Positions 1 through 10,884 are shown, counted from the stretch's first letter. The stretch is DNA of 64,000 nt from Pelagomonas calceolata (GCA_918797485.1 CAKKNE010000002.1:3038001-3102000), one strand, 5' to 3'. Notes: generated by a model not told the origin, from the letters alone. Program-made: numbers and translations.

Positions 1-103
1 ACGCGATCTCGAACTTGGCGCGGATCGCGCCCCACGCAGCAGTCGCCGCGGCCGGGGCGAGGACGATTACAACAGATCCGGCTCCGCGGCCCACTCCTCT
101 TCT

Positions 104-345
104 TCAAAGCGCTTCGAGCGCGGCGAAGGGCAGCTTGTACAACAGGCACGGCTCTGCGGCCATGAACACGCAGACGCTCCGCGTCCGCCGCACGAACTCG
201 TGCGTCCCAATAATGGTGGACAGTCAGGCGGCCGCTCGCGACTATATACAGCGCATCATCATGCCCCCGTCGGCTCGTCGGCTGCTCCAAGCGGTAGCAA
301 TGCCTCGCCCGATTTCAACCTCCTTGCCTCGGCACATTCACTCAG
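104..345 (-). pseudogene. Degenerate cyclic-nucleotide-binding (cNMP) domain fragment
   Basis: Minus-strand pieces in different frames read ARRLKSGEALLPLG / DDALYIVASGRLTV / TIIGTHEFVRRTRSVCVFMAAEPCLLYKLPFAALEAL*, which is cNMP beta-barrel motif order, broken by frameshifts and an apparent internal deletion. Confidence 0.5.
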
Positions 346-936
346 GCCGGGCTCCGCCAGCAATGCATCTATCTCTGCATCAGCTGCGAAGCCTGATAGG
401 TGGTCATGGCGTCGACGCGCATCGTCACCTGCGGGGGGTTCGCTCGTGCCAGCGGTGTGCGAAACGTCTCGGAGACACGAGTCCCGAGCGCGCGTCCTCA
501 GTTCTCCAAGGTGTGGTTGTGAGTTTCTTCCACATGGCGTTTCCGCTCAGAGTCTCAGGTCTCATTAAGTGATCGTCATCGGACGTGTGCGCGTGAAAAA
601 TGCGTGGTTACTGCTCGGTGCTGAGCTTGGCAATTTGCCTGAATCCCAGCAGCGGTGCCGCGCCGCTGCAGGCAGCCGCTGCTGTCACTTTTAGAGCCTT
701 TGCGATAATAATTCGCTCGCGCACTGCCTGTTTGCACAGCTGTGTGGCTTTTGTCCAGGCCTCTCTCTCTCGCTGCTTACCCAAACTCTGAGGCTGGCGC
801 CGCTAGCGCGCTGTAAGACACTAGCATCTAGCTCTGCAACCAAGCAATGTGCCTTAAAATACCCGTTTCGCACCTCTACCGGCCGCATGATACTTGTACG
901 AGTGGTTTTCACTGCCGAGACATCGATTTTCCAGCA

Positions 937-1857
937 ATGCTTGCAGCACTCATCTCCTGTGTGGCAGCAGCCTCAGCAATAGCACCACCGCAAGTCACGA
1001 GCGCCCGCACAGTAGCGCAGCACTTGTGGACGACGAGGCAACTCTTCGATACAGACATCCATGCCATTGTGCAATGCGGCTCCGGCCCGAGCGAGTACAG
1101 GCTCGCGTACATGCCATGCCGCAATCGGGGGGAGATCATCAGATTAATGCTCGAAGAATCCAAGTGCTCTTACGAGCTCGAGGTCGTCGGTTTTCGTGCG
1201 TGGGCTCGGGATGTCAAAATGACGACGCCGGACGGCAAATTGCCGTGTTTGCGGAACTACGATGGTCGGGGTACTGACCTCTGTCAAGAGCAGGCCATTA
1301 CGCGTTTTCTCGCCGACAAGCTCGGCCTCGCGGGTTCTGACGCCGCGGAGCGCGCCGCCGTCGACGCCATGTACTGCTTCTGGTTCTCGACGCTGCGAAA
1401 TAATGGCGTCAGTCACGACGGCGAGCACTATTCGGTTGCTGCATTGAAAGAGGCCGACGAGGGCCTGAGCGCAACAAGTGTGCCGCCGTACGAAGCCGTG
1501 TTCCGCCTGGACCCGCTCTCCCGCGCCGAGCGCTCGCTCGTCGCGCTGAAACGCTTCGAGGAGGTGCTCGGCGCGAGCAAATCGGGCTACCTCGTGGGGG
1601 AAGGCGTGACGTACCCAGACTTAGGTCTCTTCTACATACTGTACGAGTTGGCCGAGGACGACAACGTACCCGACTTCGCCGCGCGGTTCGCGCTGCCCCA
1701 CTGCGGCGCGTTCCTAGACCGGATGAGCTCGCGTTCGCAGCTCGCCGACTTCCTCACGTCGCCGCGGCGCATGCCCCGGTACGCGCGGGACCCGTCCGGC
1801 AGCAGCACGTACCTGTACGTCGCCGGGCGCGCGTCGCCCGAGATCTTGGAGGCGTAA
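937..1857 (+). CDS. Glutathione S-transferase (sigma-like) with N-terminal signal peptide
   Basis: YRLAYMPCRNRGEIIRLML, TPDGKLPCL, QEQAITRFLA (GST N domain) and YLVGEGVTYPDL (GST C capping motif). Start placed at ATG 937 (MLAALISCVAAASA), in frame with ORF 847..1857. Confidence 0.85.
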   Translation: MLAALISCVAAASAIAPPQVTSARTVAQHLWTTRQLFDTDIHAIVQCGSGPSEYRLAYMPCRNRGEIIRLMLEESKCSYELEVVGFRAWARDVKMTTPDGKLPCLRNYDGRGTDLCQEQAITRFLADKLGLAGSDAAERAAVDAMYCFWFSTLRNNGVSHDGEHYSVAALKEADEGLSATSVPPYEAVFRLDPLSRAERSLVALKRFEEVLGASKSGYLVGEGVTYPDLGLFYILYELAEDDNVPDFAARFALPHCGAFLDRMSSRSQLADFLTSPRRMPRYARDPSGSSTYLYVAGRASPEILEA

Positions 1858-2026
1858 ATTAACACTGAAAAAAACGGGTTTTCCAGAAATAGCGTCGGCG
1901 CATACTGCGTAAGTCAGAACGCCAGGGAGAGCCGGCGGTTGAACACAAACACCAAAAGCTAACGCCGACACATTGATAGGAGGCGCCTGGACATATCTCT
2001 GGAGCTTACAAGTGCAGACTCAGACA

Positions 2027-2464
2027 ATGATGCTGCTTGTCCTCGTCCTCGCGTGCTTCGCGCGGGCGGCGCCGACCTCTCTGCGTTGTTACTCCGAGTC
2101 CGAGCTAGACGGCTATTGCCGACGCCGCCACGACGACGATTGCGAGTTGGGTCACCGTGGTGGTCTTCTTGGGGGCGGGCAAGCGACGACGCCCGGGGAG
2201 ATGAACGACGCCACGATCCGCGAAGCAGTGCAGCTATGGTTCTCGGATCGTACCGCTGCCGAGGCGACGTACGGCCATATCTCTACGTGGGCGACCGGCG
2301 GTGTGACGGACATGGCGTTCTTGTTTTGTGTGCGACCTGATTTCACGGAAGAATTTGCGCTCATGCCGGAAGACACCTATGACTTCGCCGTTCCCTTCGC
2401 CCCCACTCTGTCGTACTTCAGGGAGCTCTGCGTCTTATCATCATCGTCCTTCAACGAGAACATC
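2027..2464 (+). pseudogene. Truncated DUF285/BspA-like surface protein (signal peptide plus N-terminal cap), broken at its first repeat
   Basis: MMLLVLVLACFARA signal peptide, MNDATIREAVQLWFSDRTAAEATYGHISTWATGGVTDMAFLFC, then SFNENI. The expected W(D/N)(T/V)S repeat continuation is missing and the frame runs into low-complexity sequence. Confidence 0.65.
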
Positions 2465-2880
2465 AAGGACGACGCGAGCACGCGCACGCCGAGGCCTACG
2501 CGTTCATCGAGCCCGTCAAGGACAGCCTATTTCCAGAAACGTTCGAGTACGTGCACAAGGGCCTCGACGGCGTCGCAACGACGACGACTCAGGTCCTCTT
2601 CGGTGACCTCATCGCGGCCGTGGAGGACGAGTCTGCTCGTACCAAGGACTTCAAGCCTGGGACCAACGCGCAGCGGCATCGTTTCTACCACATCCATCAG
2701 CACGGCCGGGACAGTTCGAGGCTCACGGACTTGATCCGCTCGAGCTTCAGGCGCGTGAACGTGAGCGGCGTCGACGACAAAGAGCCGGCTGCCTCGGAGC
2801 CGCTCGCCACCGCGCAGCCCGCGGCCCGTCGGCAGTTGACGTGGCGGGCCAGCGCGCCGGGCGACTACGGGACCATCTGA
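2465..2880 (+). pseudogene. 3' fragment of an unrelated gene joined out of frame to the DUF285 fragment
   Basis: The frame of ORF 2551..2880 is open back to about 2465 (REHAHAEAYAFIEPVKDSLFPETFEYVHKGLDG...) with coding-like GC3 and no ATG of its own. Confidence 0.4.
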
Positions 2881-2919
2881 GGGACGCGAGTAATTATGTA
2901 TGTAACACAACATGTAGCT

Positions 2920-5900
2920 TTAGAGTCCCCCCTGCTCGGCCTCGAGCTCGCGCGGCGCCGCGGGCGGCGTCCAGCCCCTTAAATCAGGAGACGCCGGGGT
3001 CCCCGCTCTTGAATATTCGGAGGCAGTGGGCGTGTTCATGGGCGAGTAGTCGACGCCCTCCTTCCGAGATAGGACCGTGGTGTTGGAATGGTGCGACTCG
3101 ATGGACTTCTGCGACAGGCCCGTCCGCGGGCGGTTCGGCGAGGAAGGCGCCCAGGAAATGCCCGTCGTCGGTCTAGTGGGAGACAGGCCCGCGAAGGACA
3201 CGCCCGTCATGGGCCTTGCATGACCTTGGTAGTAGTCGTCGTACTCGAGGCCGTGCTCCTGCGACTGCTGCTGGGCCCGTTGGAGAGCCGTGAGCTGCTC
3301 ATGCTCCCGGACGGCCTGCGGCTTGTCATACGTACCCTCACCCGAGACCGGATTGTAGTAGTAGGACTTCTGATACTCGTCATCATCATATCGCTCCCAC
3401 AGCCCGATCTTCTCGGCTGGATCTCTATGAGGCGCTATCCTCAACAAAATACCAGCAATGTCATCTTGAATAATTTCGGAAGGCCACATGCTCCCCAGGT
3501 CGAAGTCGCCGTCGCCGTAATCCACGCGCTTACCAAACGCATCGTACAGCGCTCTGAATGGGTGTTTGGCTCTCTTGCCACCAAAATGAACGGTTTGATG
3601 ACATTCGGCGCAGAAGAACTCCTGACATACGCTACATTCCAAGGATGCTTCGAAGTACTCGCAATTGCCGCAGAGCGGCCGGGGCATGAGCTCCAATAAA
3701 TCTTGCGGTCTCCGCCACCTAATCTCTCCGGTAATTTGGTTGTAGAAGAAGGGCCTTCTCGAGTCTTCGTCGAACATCTCCTTCCACCTTGCCCGCTTTT
3801 CATCCCTGACTGCAACGGCTCTGATACGTCCACAATGTCCTCTATACAGTGCTTGTATGGTCGACGAGGCCCATCTTGTCACTTCAGCCATGCGCGCGTC
3901 GTACTCGTCCTTCTCCGCCTTCAACTGTCGGAAGATCACCAAGGCCGCCCAAGTTCTTGAATGCGCTTGTATGGTGATCGTCGCGTCGAGTCGAGCTGCG
4001 AGGTACTCCATATAAGCTTGCTTCCGCTTCGCGTATTCATCGCGAGCCGCCCGGCAGCGGTACATTCTTTGTATGCAACAAACAGCGTTCACTTCCTTCC
4101 TATGTCTCCCTTCGGCCGCGGCGACATACACGACGATCTGGGACTTCCGCAGTCTGCAAGCGCATTGACAGAACAACGCAATGCGCATCCTAGCGTCGTA
4201 CTTTCGCCGCATAATTCTATAAACTCTACGCGTACAAAAAGTACGAATCTTCGCCTGGATATGTATAGCAGTAGCCCGCTCCAACGCCTGCCTCCTCTCG
4301 AAATGCTCCCTTAGCAAGTCGGTACGCCACTTCGCCAACAAACATCTACGCCACATCTGGATCTTCTGACACGCCCGGAACCGCCGCATCAGCTTTCTCT
4401 GCCTTTCAGCTTCGAAGAACCGGAAGCGCTGCCTGCCCCTTAACCCACGATAGATGCGCTGGATCTCGATCGAGGCTCCGAGTCGCTTCTCCCTCAGTAT
4501 TTGAGCCTCCTTCAGCCTTAACGTAGCGTAGCGCCGCGCGACCAACGATCGATACGCGGCCTGGACCAGAATGGCCGCTCGACACGCTCTCCGCCACTGG
4601 TCCACCTTTCTTAACCGTCTCGCTTTCCCCCTTGCAAATGAACCGCGAACACCGGATTCAATGACGGTCGCCGCGTGCGTCTCCCTGATAAACTTCGCCC
4701 GGAAGTAGCGGTACCGCGCTCGACCCTTGGACCCGCGCCACCGCTTCTGCAATACCAGAGTAGCCTTCTCGAGGGCCTTCCACGCTCTTAAACCTTTCGT
4801 GTAGCGTCTTCCACAATACCCTCTATATGATGCCTGGGTCTTGACGATGCCTCTTCGATCCCTACCAAACGCCTGGATCTGCAGTCGATGCTCCCACCGC
4901 GGTTTCGGCCAGAACCCGAAGAAGCCTGGATCGCGCTTCATCTCCGAGTGGGGGAAGTAGTCCCGCGACGACTTTAACGCTGCACTGGTACAGGAGCACT
5001 TCGTGAGATTAAGGGTGACAATATCATTGCTACCAGAACCCTCCACCAGCCAGGCCAGACCAATATCGCCCACGCCGCGGCAGTGCGCTAGTAACAAGTG
5101 CCTCAAGCCGGGCGGCTTCCACCGCACCGTCGAGAATTCGTTGACCGCCTCGTCCGTGAGGCCCGCACAGCCCGTCAGATCTAACCTTGTGAGTCGCAAA
5201 CAATTGGTAGCAAGGGCCTTGCAGCCCCGCTGGCCGAAGCGCTCGCAGTCCCTCAAACTCAATTGCTTCAAGCGGGGCGCCCCGCGCGCCATGTTCACCA
5301 CCAGATCATCAGAAACGCAGTCGCCGCAGCACGCGAGCGAGATCTTCTCGAGCGAGTCTTTTGACGCTTTGCACAAATCACCAAACTCCTTGGCATGGAG
5401 TCGCGGGCAGCCCGCGAGGCCGATTTCCTGCAAGGTCGTGAGGCCCTTGGCTAGAGCAGCTAGAGACCGTTTCGAGACCTGGAAGCAGCCGTCCAGCCGC
5501 AACACGCGTAGAGCCCGCGCGTCGCGCGCTAGAGCTAGTATGCCTTCAAAGCCGAAGCCCCGGTCGACGCCGTCCGTCAACAGGTGCATCTGGCCGATGT
5601 CCAAGTGTTGTAGTTGTTCCCCAAGAGCCGCACCTAGAACCCTGATACCCACATCGGTACAACGACGAGCCCCCCGGATATCGACCTTCTGCAGGACGTG
5701 GCAGTGGTCCGCCAAGGCCCTACATCCCGCGTTCGTTATTCTATCGCAATTCCTCAGTAGAATTTTCTCAAGGGTAGCCCCCGCCTGGTGCGCCAACCAG
5801 GACACGCCGACGTCCGTCACTAATTCGCAACCATTCAGATCCAACTCTTTCAGCGTCTTGCCGCAGCCTTCCGCTATACTCAAGATGGCGACATCGGTTA

Positions 5901-6945
5901 ATTTGTTCGGGAACTCCGTCCTTGCTAACTTGAGCACTTCCAATCGTGAGCAGTGGTTCGACACCTCCACGACGCCCTGGTCCCCTATTTGTTTGCAGTG
6001 CGAGACATCTAAGTAAGTCAAAGAAGTACAATCCTTCCCTACCGTCATAAGGTCGTGGTCGCTCAACAGCTGGCAGTGGGACATATCTAGATACTCGATA
6101 GCTTCGCCCGAGCCCTTCGATAGGGCAGCTAGAGCCCAGCCGTTGACTGCTCTACTACACCCTCTTAGGGACACGTGTTTGAGCTGGTTGCATCTTTCCC
6201 CAATTGCAGCTAATCCCGGTCCCGTTAATGAAGAACATCCAGATAAATCCAAGTAGCGGAGGTGGACGCAATGCAAGGCGACTTCCCTGAGACCGACATC
6301 GTGAATATCGATAGCACCCGAAATATCTAAGACTTCCAGCCGCGGCGCACATTTCGCGATCCGCGAAAGACCGATATCTCCTAACTTAGAAGCACCACCC
6401 ATCCTGACCGCCTTCAAGCCTACTTCGGAATGCGATCTTTCCAGAGCACCCGCCCTCGCGTCGGCCTCGACCTTGGCTCGCTGTAAGGCATAGGCTTCCT
6501 GCCTTGCCAACCATCTCGCATCCGTCGTAGCAGCCATAGATGCAGAAACGCCTCGTTTATCATCTGAAGCCTTCTTGGCCTTCTTCCTAGGTAGGTCTGC
6601 CTGCCTTTGTTCTTCAGCTAGTTGCGCCATGGCGTCTTCGACGAACTTCGATTCGCGTTCCGTGACATAGTTCTCTATCGTAGCGCAAGTTTTGTTCGAC
6701 ACCAACAAAGACCAGACCCTCAAATCCAACCGGTCGGGACATAGCAACTCGGGAGGCACGTCGTCAAAGGGAATCTCGTGACGATTGTCCTCGTCAGCCT
6801 TCGCGATCGCATGTAACACGGAAGCGACGTGGGAGTTCTTCGTCCGGTTTGTTGTGGTCGATTTCGACGGCGAACTCGACCGGTAGCTCTGGGGGCTGTC
6901 CGCCGCGGGGACCACCTGGGCGCTGGCGGCGGAGCCCTTGCCCAT
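2920..6945 (-). CDS. Large LRR (cysteine-containing, FBXL/AMN1-type) + multiple IQ motifs + WW + B-box zinc finger + WW protein
   Basis: Many LxxLDLSGC/LxxC-type repeats; IQ motifs (VQAAYRSLVARR, IQRIYRGLRGR, IQALYRGHCGR); WW (WKEMFDEDSRRPFFYNQITGEIRWRRP); B-box (CGNCE...CSVCQEFFCAECHQTVH...H); second WW-like (WERYDDDEYQKSYYYNPVSGE). Start set to MGKGS at 6945. Confidence 0.85.
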   Translation of the reverse strand: MGKGSAASAQVVPAADSPQSYRSSSPSKSTTTNRTKNSHVASVLHAIAKADEDNRHEIPFDDVPPELLCPDRLDLRVWSLLVSNKTCATIENYVTERESKFVEDAMAQLAEEQRQADLPRKKAKKASDDKRGVSASMAATTDARWLARQEAYALQRAKVEADARAGALERSHSEVGLKAVRMGGASKLGDIGLSRIAKCAPRLEVLDISGAIDIHDVGLREVALHCVHLRYLDLSGCSSLTGPGLAAIGERCNQLKHVSLRGCSRAVNGWALAALSKGSGEAIEYLDMSHCQLLSDHDLMTVGKDCTSLTYLDVSHCKQIGDQGVVEVSNHCSRLEVLKLARTEFPNKLTDVAILSIAEGCGKTLKELDLNGCELVTDVGVSWLAHQAGATLEKILLRNCDRITNAGCRALADHCHVLQKVDIRGARRCTDVGIRVLGAALGEQLQHLDIGQMHLLTDGVDRGFGFEGILALARDARALRVLRLDGCFQVSKRSLAALAKGLTTLQEIGLAGCPRLHAKEFGDLCKASKDSLEKISLACCGDCVSDDLVVNMARGAPRLKQLSLRDCERFGQRGCKALATNCLRLTRLDLTGCAGLTDEAVNEFSTVRWKPPGLRHLLLAHCRGVGDIGLAWLVEGSGSNDIVTLNLTKCSCTSAALKSSRDYFPHSEMKRDPGFFGFWPKPRWEHRLQIQAFGRDRRGIVKTQASYRGYCGRRYTKGLRAWKALEKATLVLQKRWRGSKGRARYRYFRAKFIRETHAATVIESGVRGSFARGKARRLRKVDQWRRACRAAILVQAAYRSLVARRYATLRLKEAQILREKRLGASIEIQRIYRGLRGRQRFRFFEAERQRKLMRRFRACQKIQMWRRCLLAKWRTDLLREHFERRQALERATAIHIQAKIRTFCTRRVYRIMRRKYDARMRIALFCQCACRLRKSQIVVYVAAAEGRHRKEVNAVCCIQRMYRCRAARDEYAKRKQAYMEYLAARLDATITIQAHSRTWAALVIFRQLKAEKDEYDARMAEVTRWASSTIQALYRGHCGRIRAVAVRDEKRARWKEMFDEDSRRPFFYNQITGEIRWRRPQDLLELMPRPLCGNCEYFEASLECSVCQEFFCAECHQTVHFGGKRAKHPFRALYDAFGKRVDYGDGDFDLGSMWPSEIIQDDIAGILLRIAPHRDPAEKIGLWERYDDDEYQKSYYYNPVSGEGTYDKPQAVREHEQLTALQRAQQQSQEHGLEYDDYYQGHARPMTGVSFAGLSPTRPTTGISWAPSSPNRPRTGLSQKSIESHHSNTTVLSRKEGVDYSPMNTPTASEYSRAGTPASPDLRGWTPPAAPRELEAEQGGL

Positions 6946-7394
6946 GTCTCTGGTCCTTGTTATTGGTATACCAAGGTAACACTGCGATGAGCGCGTCGAC
7001 CGCTTCTGGAGGCCCGCAGCGCGCCGCGGGGGCTGCGTTGGAAGCGCGCCCCGGGCGGGGCAGCAATGCCGTCGCGCGGCGTTGGCGTGCTGCCCTCTCG
7101 ACGCTTGCTCGGGGTTGATTCTGGGCCGGGGACGTCCTCGCAGGGCTCGGCGAGGGGTCGGACGGTTCCCCTTGCTTTTCCGTTGAGGTCCGGGGCGGGG
7201 TAGGGGGTCGCTGGCTTTTGCAACCGCTTCGTCCCGAGCGGCGCTGAGTGCCGTCGTGCCACCGGGCAGCGAAGGGGAAGCGGCCGCTGCATCGCCACGG
7301 CGTGCTTGCACGCGACAGGCAGCCCGGAGCCGAGCGCGCCCTGAAGCGCCGCGACCGGTGGTCAGCCCAGCCCAGCCCAGCTCGACAGACAACC

Positions 7395-10300
7395 ATGGTC
7401 GCCGGCATCGTGGTCATGGTCGGCGGCGGCCAGCAGCCCGCGGCCCAGCAGAACATGATGTTCGGCGGCGCCCAGCTCAAGCCGTTGAAAGCGTCGTCGT
7501 CCGCGCCGCTCGGGAAGGTGGGCAACCTGCCCGGCGGCATGAGCGCTTCATTAAAGTCGTTGATGGATTCGACACAAGTGCCTCGGAAAAGAGTCCGGCC
7601 GAAGCGACGGCGGAAGATCTTGCCTTTGATCCAGTATAGAGCGCCGCCGCCCCAACCTCCCAGGCCGGCCGGCGGACCGCGACGAGGACCGCGACGGCAA
7701 CGACCAGTTCAGGAGAGCGACGACCAGTCGACGGCGGACCCGTTTGCGTTCAGACAGTCGGAACCGCTCTCGAAACCGAAGCACGCCACGCATTGGTCGG
7801 CCATGTTACGAGGAGAACAAAAGTCCATGGCCGAGCAGGTCACGCGCTTTCCTGAGCGAGACGAACCGGCCATGTGGGCCGCGAAGGACGAGCAGCACGC
7901 GATTGAGTGTCGGCAAAAAGCCTACGCCGAAGCGGCCGAAGCTAGAAGAGCTGATGACGCCGTCAACGCGTACAAGCGCGACTTGGAACTGAGGCGGAGG
8001 CAGCGCGAACAGCAGCAGAAGAAGGAGGCCGAGGAGGAGAAGGCGAAGAAAGAAGCTGACGCTCGCGCGGCGGCCGCAAGAAAACGGGCCCTGCCGAAGA
8101 AAAGGCGGTTAAGACCGGAACTATCACCGCTCAAGGCGGGCCAAGCAAAGACCGTGTCGATCCAGGAGCCTCCTAAACAAGAAAAGAAAGTCGTGGACGT
8201 GAACGCGGAAGACGAGGGGGACCTTTGGGACGCCATTCTTAATGATGACGCGCCGTCCGCACCACCAGTTGTCGTGGAGCAGAAGAAGGCCACGCACTAC
8301 GGCCACATCTCGCCCGAGAAGTCGCAGCAGATGCAGCGGCCGATGCGCGACGTGGTCGCGGAACAAAAAGCGCGCTGGAAGAAGAAGCGGGAGCAGGAGA
8401 AGCGCTTCCTGAAGCAGCAGGTCGCGAAGGCTCGTAGGGACCTCGATAAGCGGGCCCACGTGCGGGTCGACGCGCGGCCATTGCGCGGGAACAGCAATCT
8501 CGTGAAGGCTCATCAAGGTTCATTAATGCCCGGCTTCGACGCTTCGGGGAGTTTCATCGATAAGGAAGGCGCGTTGCCCCTTCGGGAAGATGGTGTCAGG
8601 CCGATGACGGGCAAGAAGATTAGTCGAAGATATGGGGAAGACTGGCTCGCGGAGCACTTCAAGTCCTTGGTGGGTGGTGGTGGGGTCGTCGCTTTCACGC
8701 CCGGCGAGGACCAGGCTGACGAAGAGATGGAGCCCCACGAATCGCCTTCTAGGCCGTTCACGGCCTCGTTGTTGGCTAATAGACCCTCAACGACGGCCTC
8801 ATCAAGACGCGGCGCGGCGAGCCCCGCCTCTGTCGAGGAGGAGGAGGCCTCGCCGCGCGCCCGGGCCCTCGAGGAGAGCGCGCGCAAGAACGCCGAGGCC
8901 GTCGCGGCGCTCCGCGAGGACACGGCGCGCCTCGCGAAGAAGAACGCCGAGGAGGATACGAGAAGAGCGCGCTTCGAGGAGTTCAAGGCGACGGGGAGTC
9001 GGGACGCGCTGCGCGTCGAGACGGCTCCGGAGCCCGACGCGCTGGTGGTATCCCAAGAGCCGGCCGAGGAGGCGGAGTCGAGCGCGAGCGGTGGCGCGCC
9101 GGTGGGCGACAAGACGCGAGCCGCGCTCGAAGCGCGCCTGCGAGAGATCTTCGACCGCGTCGACACGTCTGGCGACGGCGAGATCTCCGTCGTGGAAGCG
9201 GTAAAAGCGCTAAGAAAAGACGACGGCTTCGCCGAGGTGCTCGGATTTGATGAAGCTACAAGAGTGAGGCAGGAGGACGGCACCAAAGACCAACTAATCC
9301 TGGCGCTCGGCGCGCTGGATAGTGATGGAGACAAGAACATAAGCTGGGCGGAATTTAGGAGGGTGGCGCTCGACGATGAAACGCCGGCGACGCCCCAGAA
9401 GCAGATCACAAACTTCGCCGTCGGTACGAGGATCGAGGCGCGCTACGAGGCCGGCGACGAGTGGTACGCCGGTGTGATCGAAGTGGCGCACGAGGACGGG
9501 TCCTACGACGTGTTATACGACGACGGGGACCGCGAGGCGAATGTTTCTGCCGACTTGGTGAAGCGCGAGGGCCCGGACTCGAAGCGGAAGACGCCGCCCG
9601 TCGCGGCGACGCCCGTCGTCGCGGCGCAGACGCCCGCGACGGCGGCCTCGGACGACTACGGCGACTCCTTCGACGACTTCGAGGAGCCGCCTAGCACCGC
9701 GAAGAAGTCGCCGATGCCCGTCGTCGCCGAGGGTGGTGACGACGCGCGCCAGCTCGACTTCGAGCCCGAGTCCGCGCCGGAGCTCGCGCCGGAGCCCGAG
9801 GCCGACGAGCCGGCGCCGGTCGACCCGCTCTCGCCCGGCGCCGCGGCCTTCGAGAAGGAGAAGGAGAAGCTCGCCCAGCAAAAGGCCGAGAAGGCGGCCT
9901 TGTCGCCCTACAAGTCGCCGCCGCCCGAGAAGAAGGCGGAAATGTTAGCGAAGGCCAAGGCCGAACGAGCCGCGAAGCAAGAGGCCGCGCGGATCGAGTA
10001 CGAGGCTCAACAAGAACGGGACCGCATTGAGAGGGAACGGCGGGAAGAGGAGGAGCGCATCGAACGGGAACGGCTCGCCGCCATCAAGGCTGAGGAAGAT
10101 AGAATAGCCGCCGAGCGGGCCGAGGCCGAGCGTCTTGAACGGGAGCGGCTAGCAGCTATACGGGAGGAGGAGTTGCGGATCGAGAAGGAGCGACGGGAGG
10201 CGGAGCGGATAGCGCGGGAGAAGGCCGCCGCCGAGGAGGCCGAGCGGGAACGACGGAAGCGCGAGATGGAGGCGCAGCTGGCCCGGGAGCGCGCGGAGAT

Positions 10301-10688
10301 GGAGGAGCGCAATCGAATACAAGCGGAACAGATGGATAAAGCATTAGCGGCGCTCGCCGCGGCCGCGCCGGCGCCAGCATCGCCGCCTCCTTCTGCCAAA
10401 CTGGAGCCGCCGACGCCCGGCACCGACTACGGCGACGACGAATTCGAGAACAGCGCGGCGACGCCGAAGTACGAGGAGTCCTTCGAGGCCGACGCGCCGG
10501 CGACGCCCGCTGTTGATGCAATTCCGGAGGATAGTGTGGCGGCGCCGGCGCCTTTATTGGCGCCGACGCCCGAGCACAGGCCGCCGCCACCATCAAAGAT
10601 GGAGACGCCCTTCTCGCACGCTTCTACCGAAGGTTATGGGGAGGACGACGACTTTGAAGATGAGGACTTTGCGGACTTTGAGGACTAA
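7395..10688 (+). CDS. Coiled-coil/low-complexity protein with EF-hand pair and Tudor/Agenet-like domain
   Basis: EF loops DTSGDGEISVVE and DSDGDKNISWAE; Tudor-like FAVGTRIEARYEAGDEWYAGVIEVAHEDGSYDVLYDDGDRE; E/R/A-rich helical tail. Start uncertain (7395 or 7455). Confidence 0.75.
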   Translation: MVAGIVVMVGGGQQPAAQQNMMFGGAQLKPLKASSSAPLGKVGNLPGGMSASLKSLMDSTQVPRKRVRPKRRRKILPLIQYRAPPPQPPRPAGGPRRGPRRQRPVQESDDQSTADPFAFRQSEPLSKPKHATHWSAMLRGEQKSMAEQVTRFPERDEPAMWAAKDEQHAIECRQKAYAEAAEARRADDAVNAYKRDLELRRRQREQQQKKEAEEEKAKKEADARAAAARKRALPKKRRLRPELSPLKAGQAKTVSIQEPPKQEKKVVDVNAEDEGDLWDAILNDDAPSAPPVVVEQKKATHYGHISPEKSQQMQRPMRDVVAEQKARWKKKREQEKRFLKQQVAKARRDLDKRAHVRVDARPLRGNSNLVKAHQGSLMPGFDASGSFIDKEGALPLREDGVRPMTGKKISRRYGEDWLAEHFKSLVGGGGVVAFTPGEDQADEEMEPHESPSRPFTASLLANRPSTTASSRRGAASPASVEEEEASPRARALEESARKNAEAVAALREDTARLAKKNAEEDTRRARFEEFKATGSRDALRVETAPEPDALVVSQEPAEEAESSASGGAPVGDKTRAALEARLREIFDRVDTSGDGEISVVEAVKALRKDDGFAEVLGFDEATRVRQEDGTKDQLILALGALDSDGDKNISWAEFRRVALDDETPATPQKQITNFAVGTRIEARYEAGDEWYAGVIEVAHEDGSYDVLYDDGDREANVSADLVKREGPDSKRKTPPVAATPVVAAQTPATAASDDYGDSFDDFEEPPSTAKKSPMPVVAEGGDDARQLDFEPESAPELAPEPEADEPAPVDPLSPGAAAFEKEKEKLAQQKAEKAALSPYKSPPPEKKAEMLAKAKAERAAKQEAARIEYEAQQERDRIERERREEEERIERERLAAIKAEEDRIAAERAEAERLERERLAAIREEELRIEKERREAERIAREKAAAEEAERERRKREMEAQLARERAEMEERNRIQAEQMDKALAALAAAAPAPASPPPSAKLEPPTPGTDYGDDEFENSAATPKYEESFEADAPATPAVDAIPEDSVAAPAPLLAPTPEHRPPPPSKMETPFSHASTEGYGEDDDFEDEDFADFED

Positions 10689-10877
10689 TTTTTTGGGGGG
10701 CTTGTATTTTTCTAGGCTGTTCCGCGCGCTCGTTTTCGTCCGCAAACGAGCGCCGGGGGTCTCGCGTACCCACTGCAGCCTCGTCGGCTTCTCGACCCCG
10801 TGAGATTGATGATACGGGCACCGCGCGGCTCCGAGGTCGCATAGGGGGGTCTTTGGGGTAGTGTAGACTCAAGGGAC

Positions 10878-10884
10878 AAAAAAA
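10878..10884 (-). terminator. RNA polymerase III terminator (T7) of tRNA-Pro
   Basis: Run of 7 T on the minus strand beginning 8 nt after the tRNA 3' end. Confidence 0.75.

Noticed and set aside
6946..7394. N-terminal extensions making the two divergent large ORFs overlap
   Set aside because: They arise from alternative start codons in GC-rich DNA; better ATGs at 6945 and 7395 leave a normal divergent spacer.
10800..10875. Possible box C/D snoRNA next to the tRNA-Pro gene
   Set aside because: TGATGA is present but no convincing terminal D box or closing stem.
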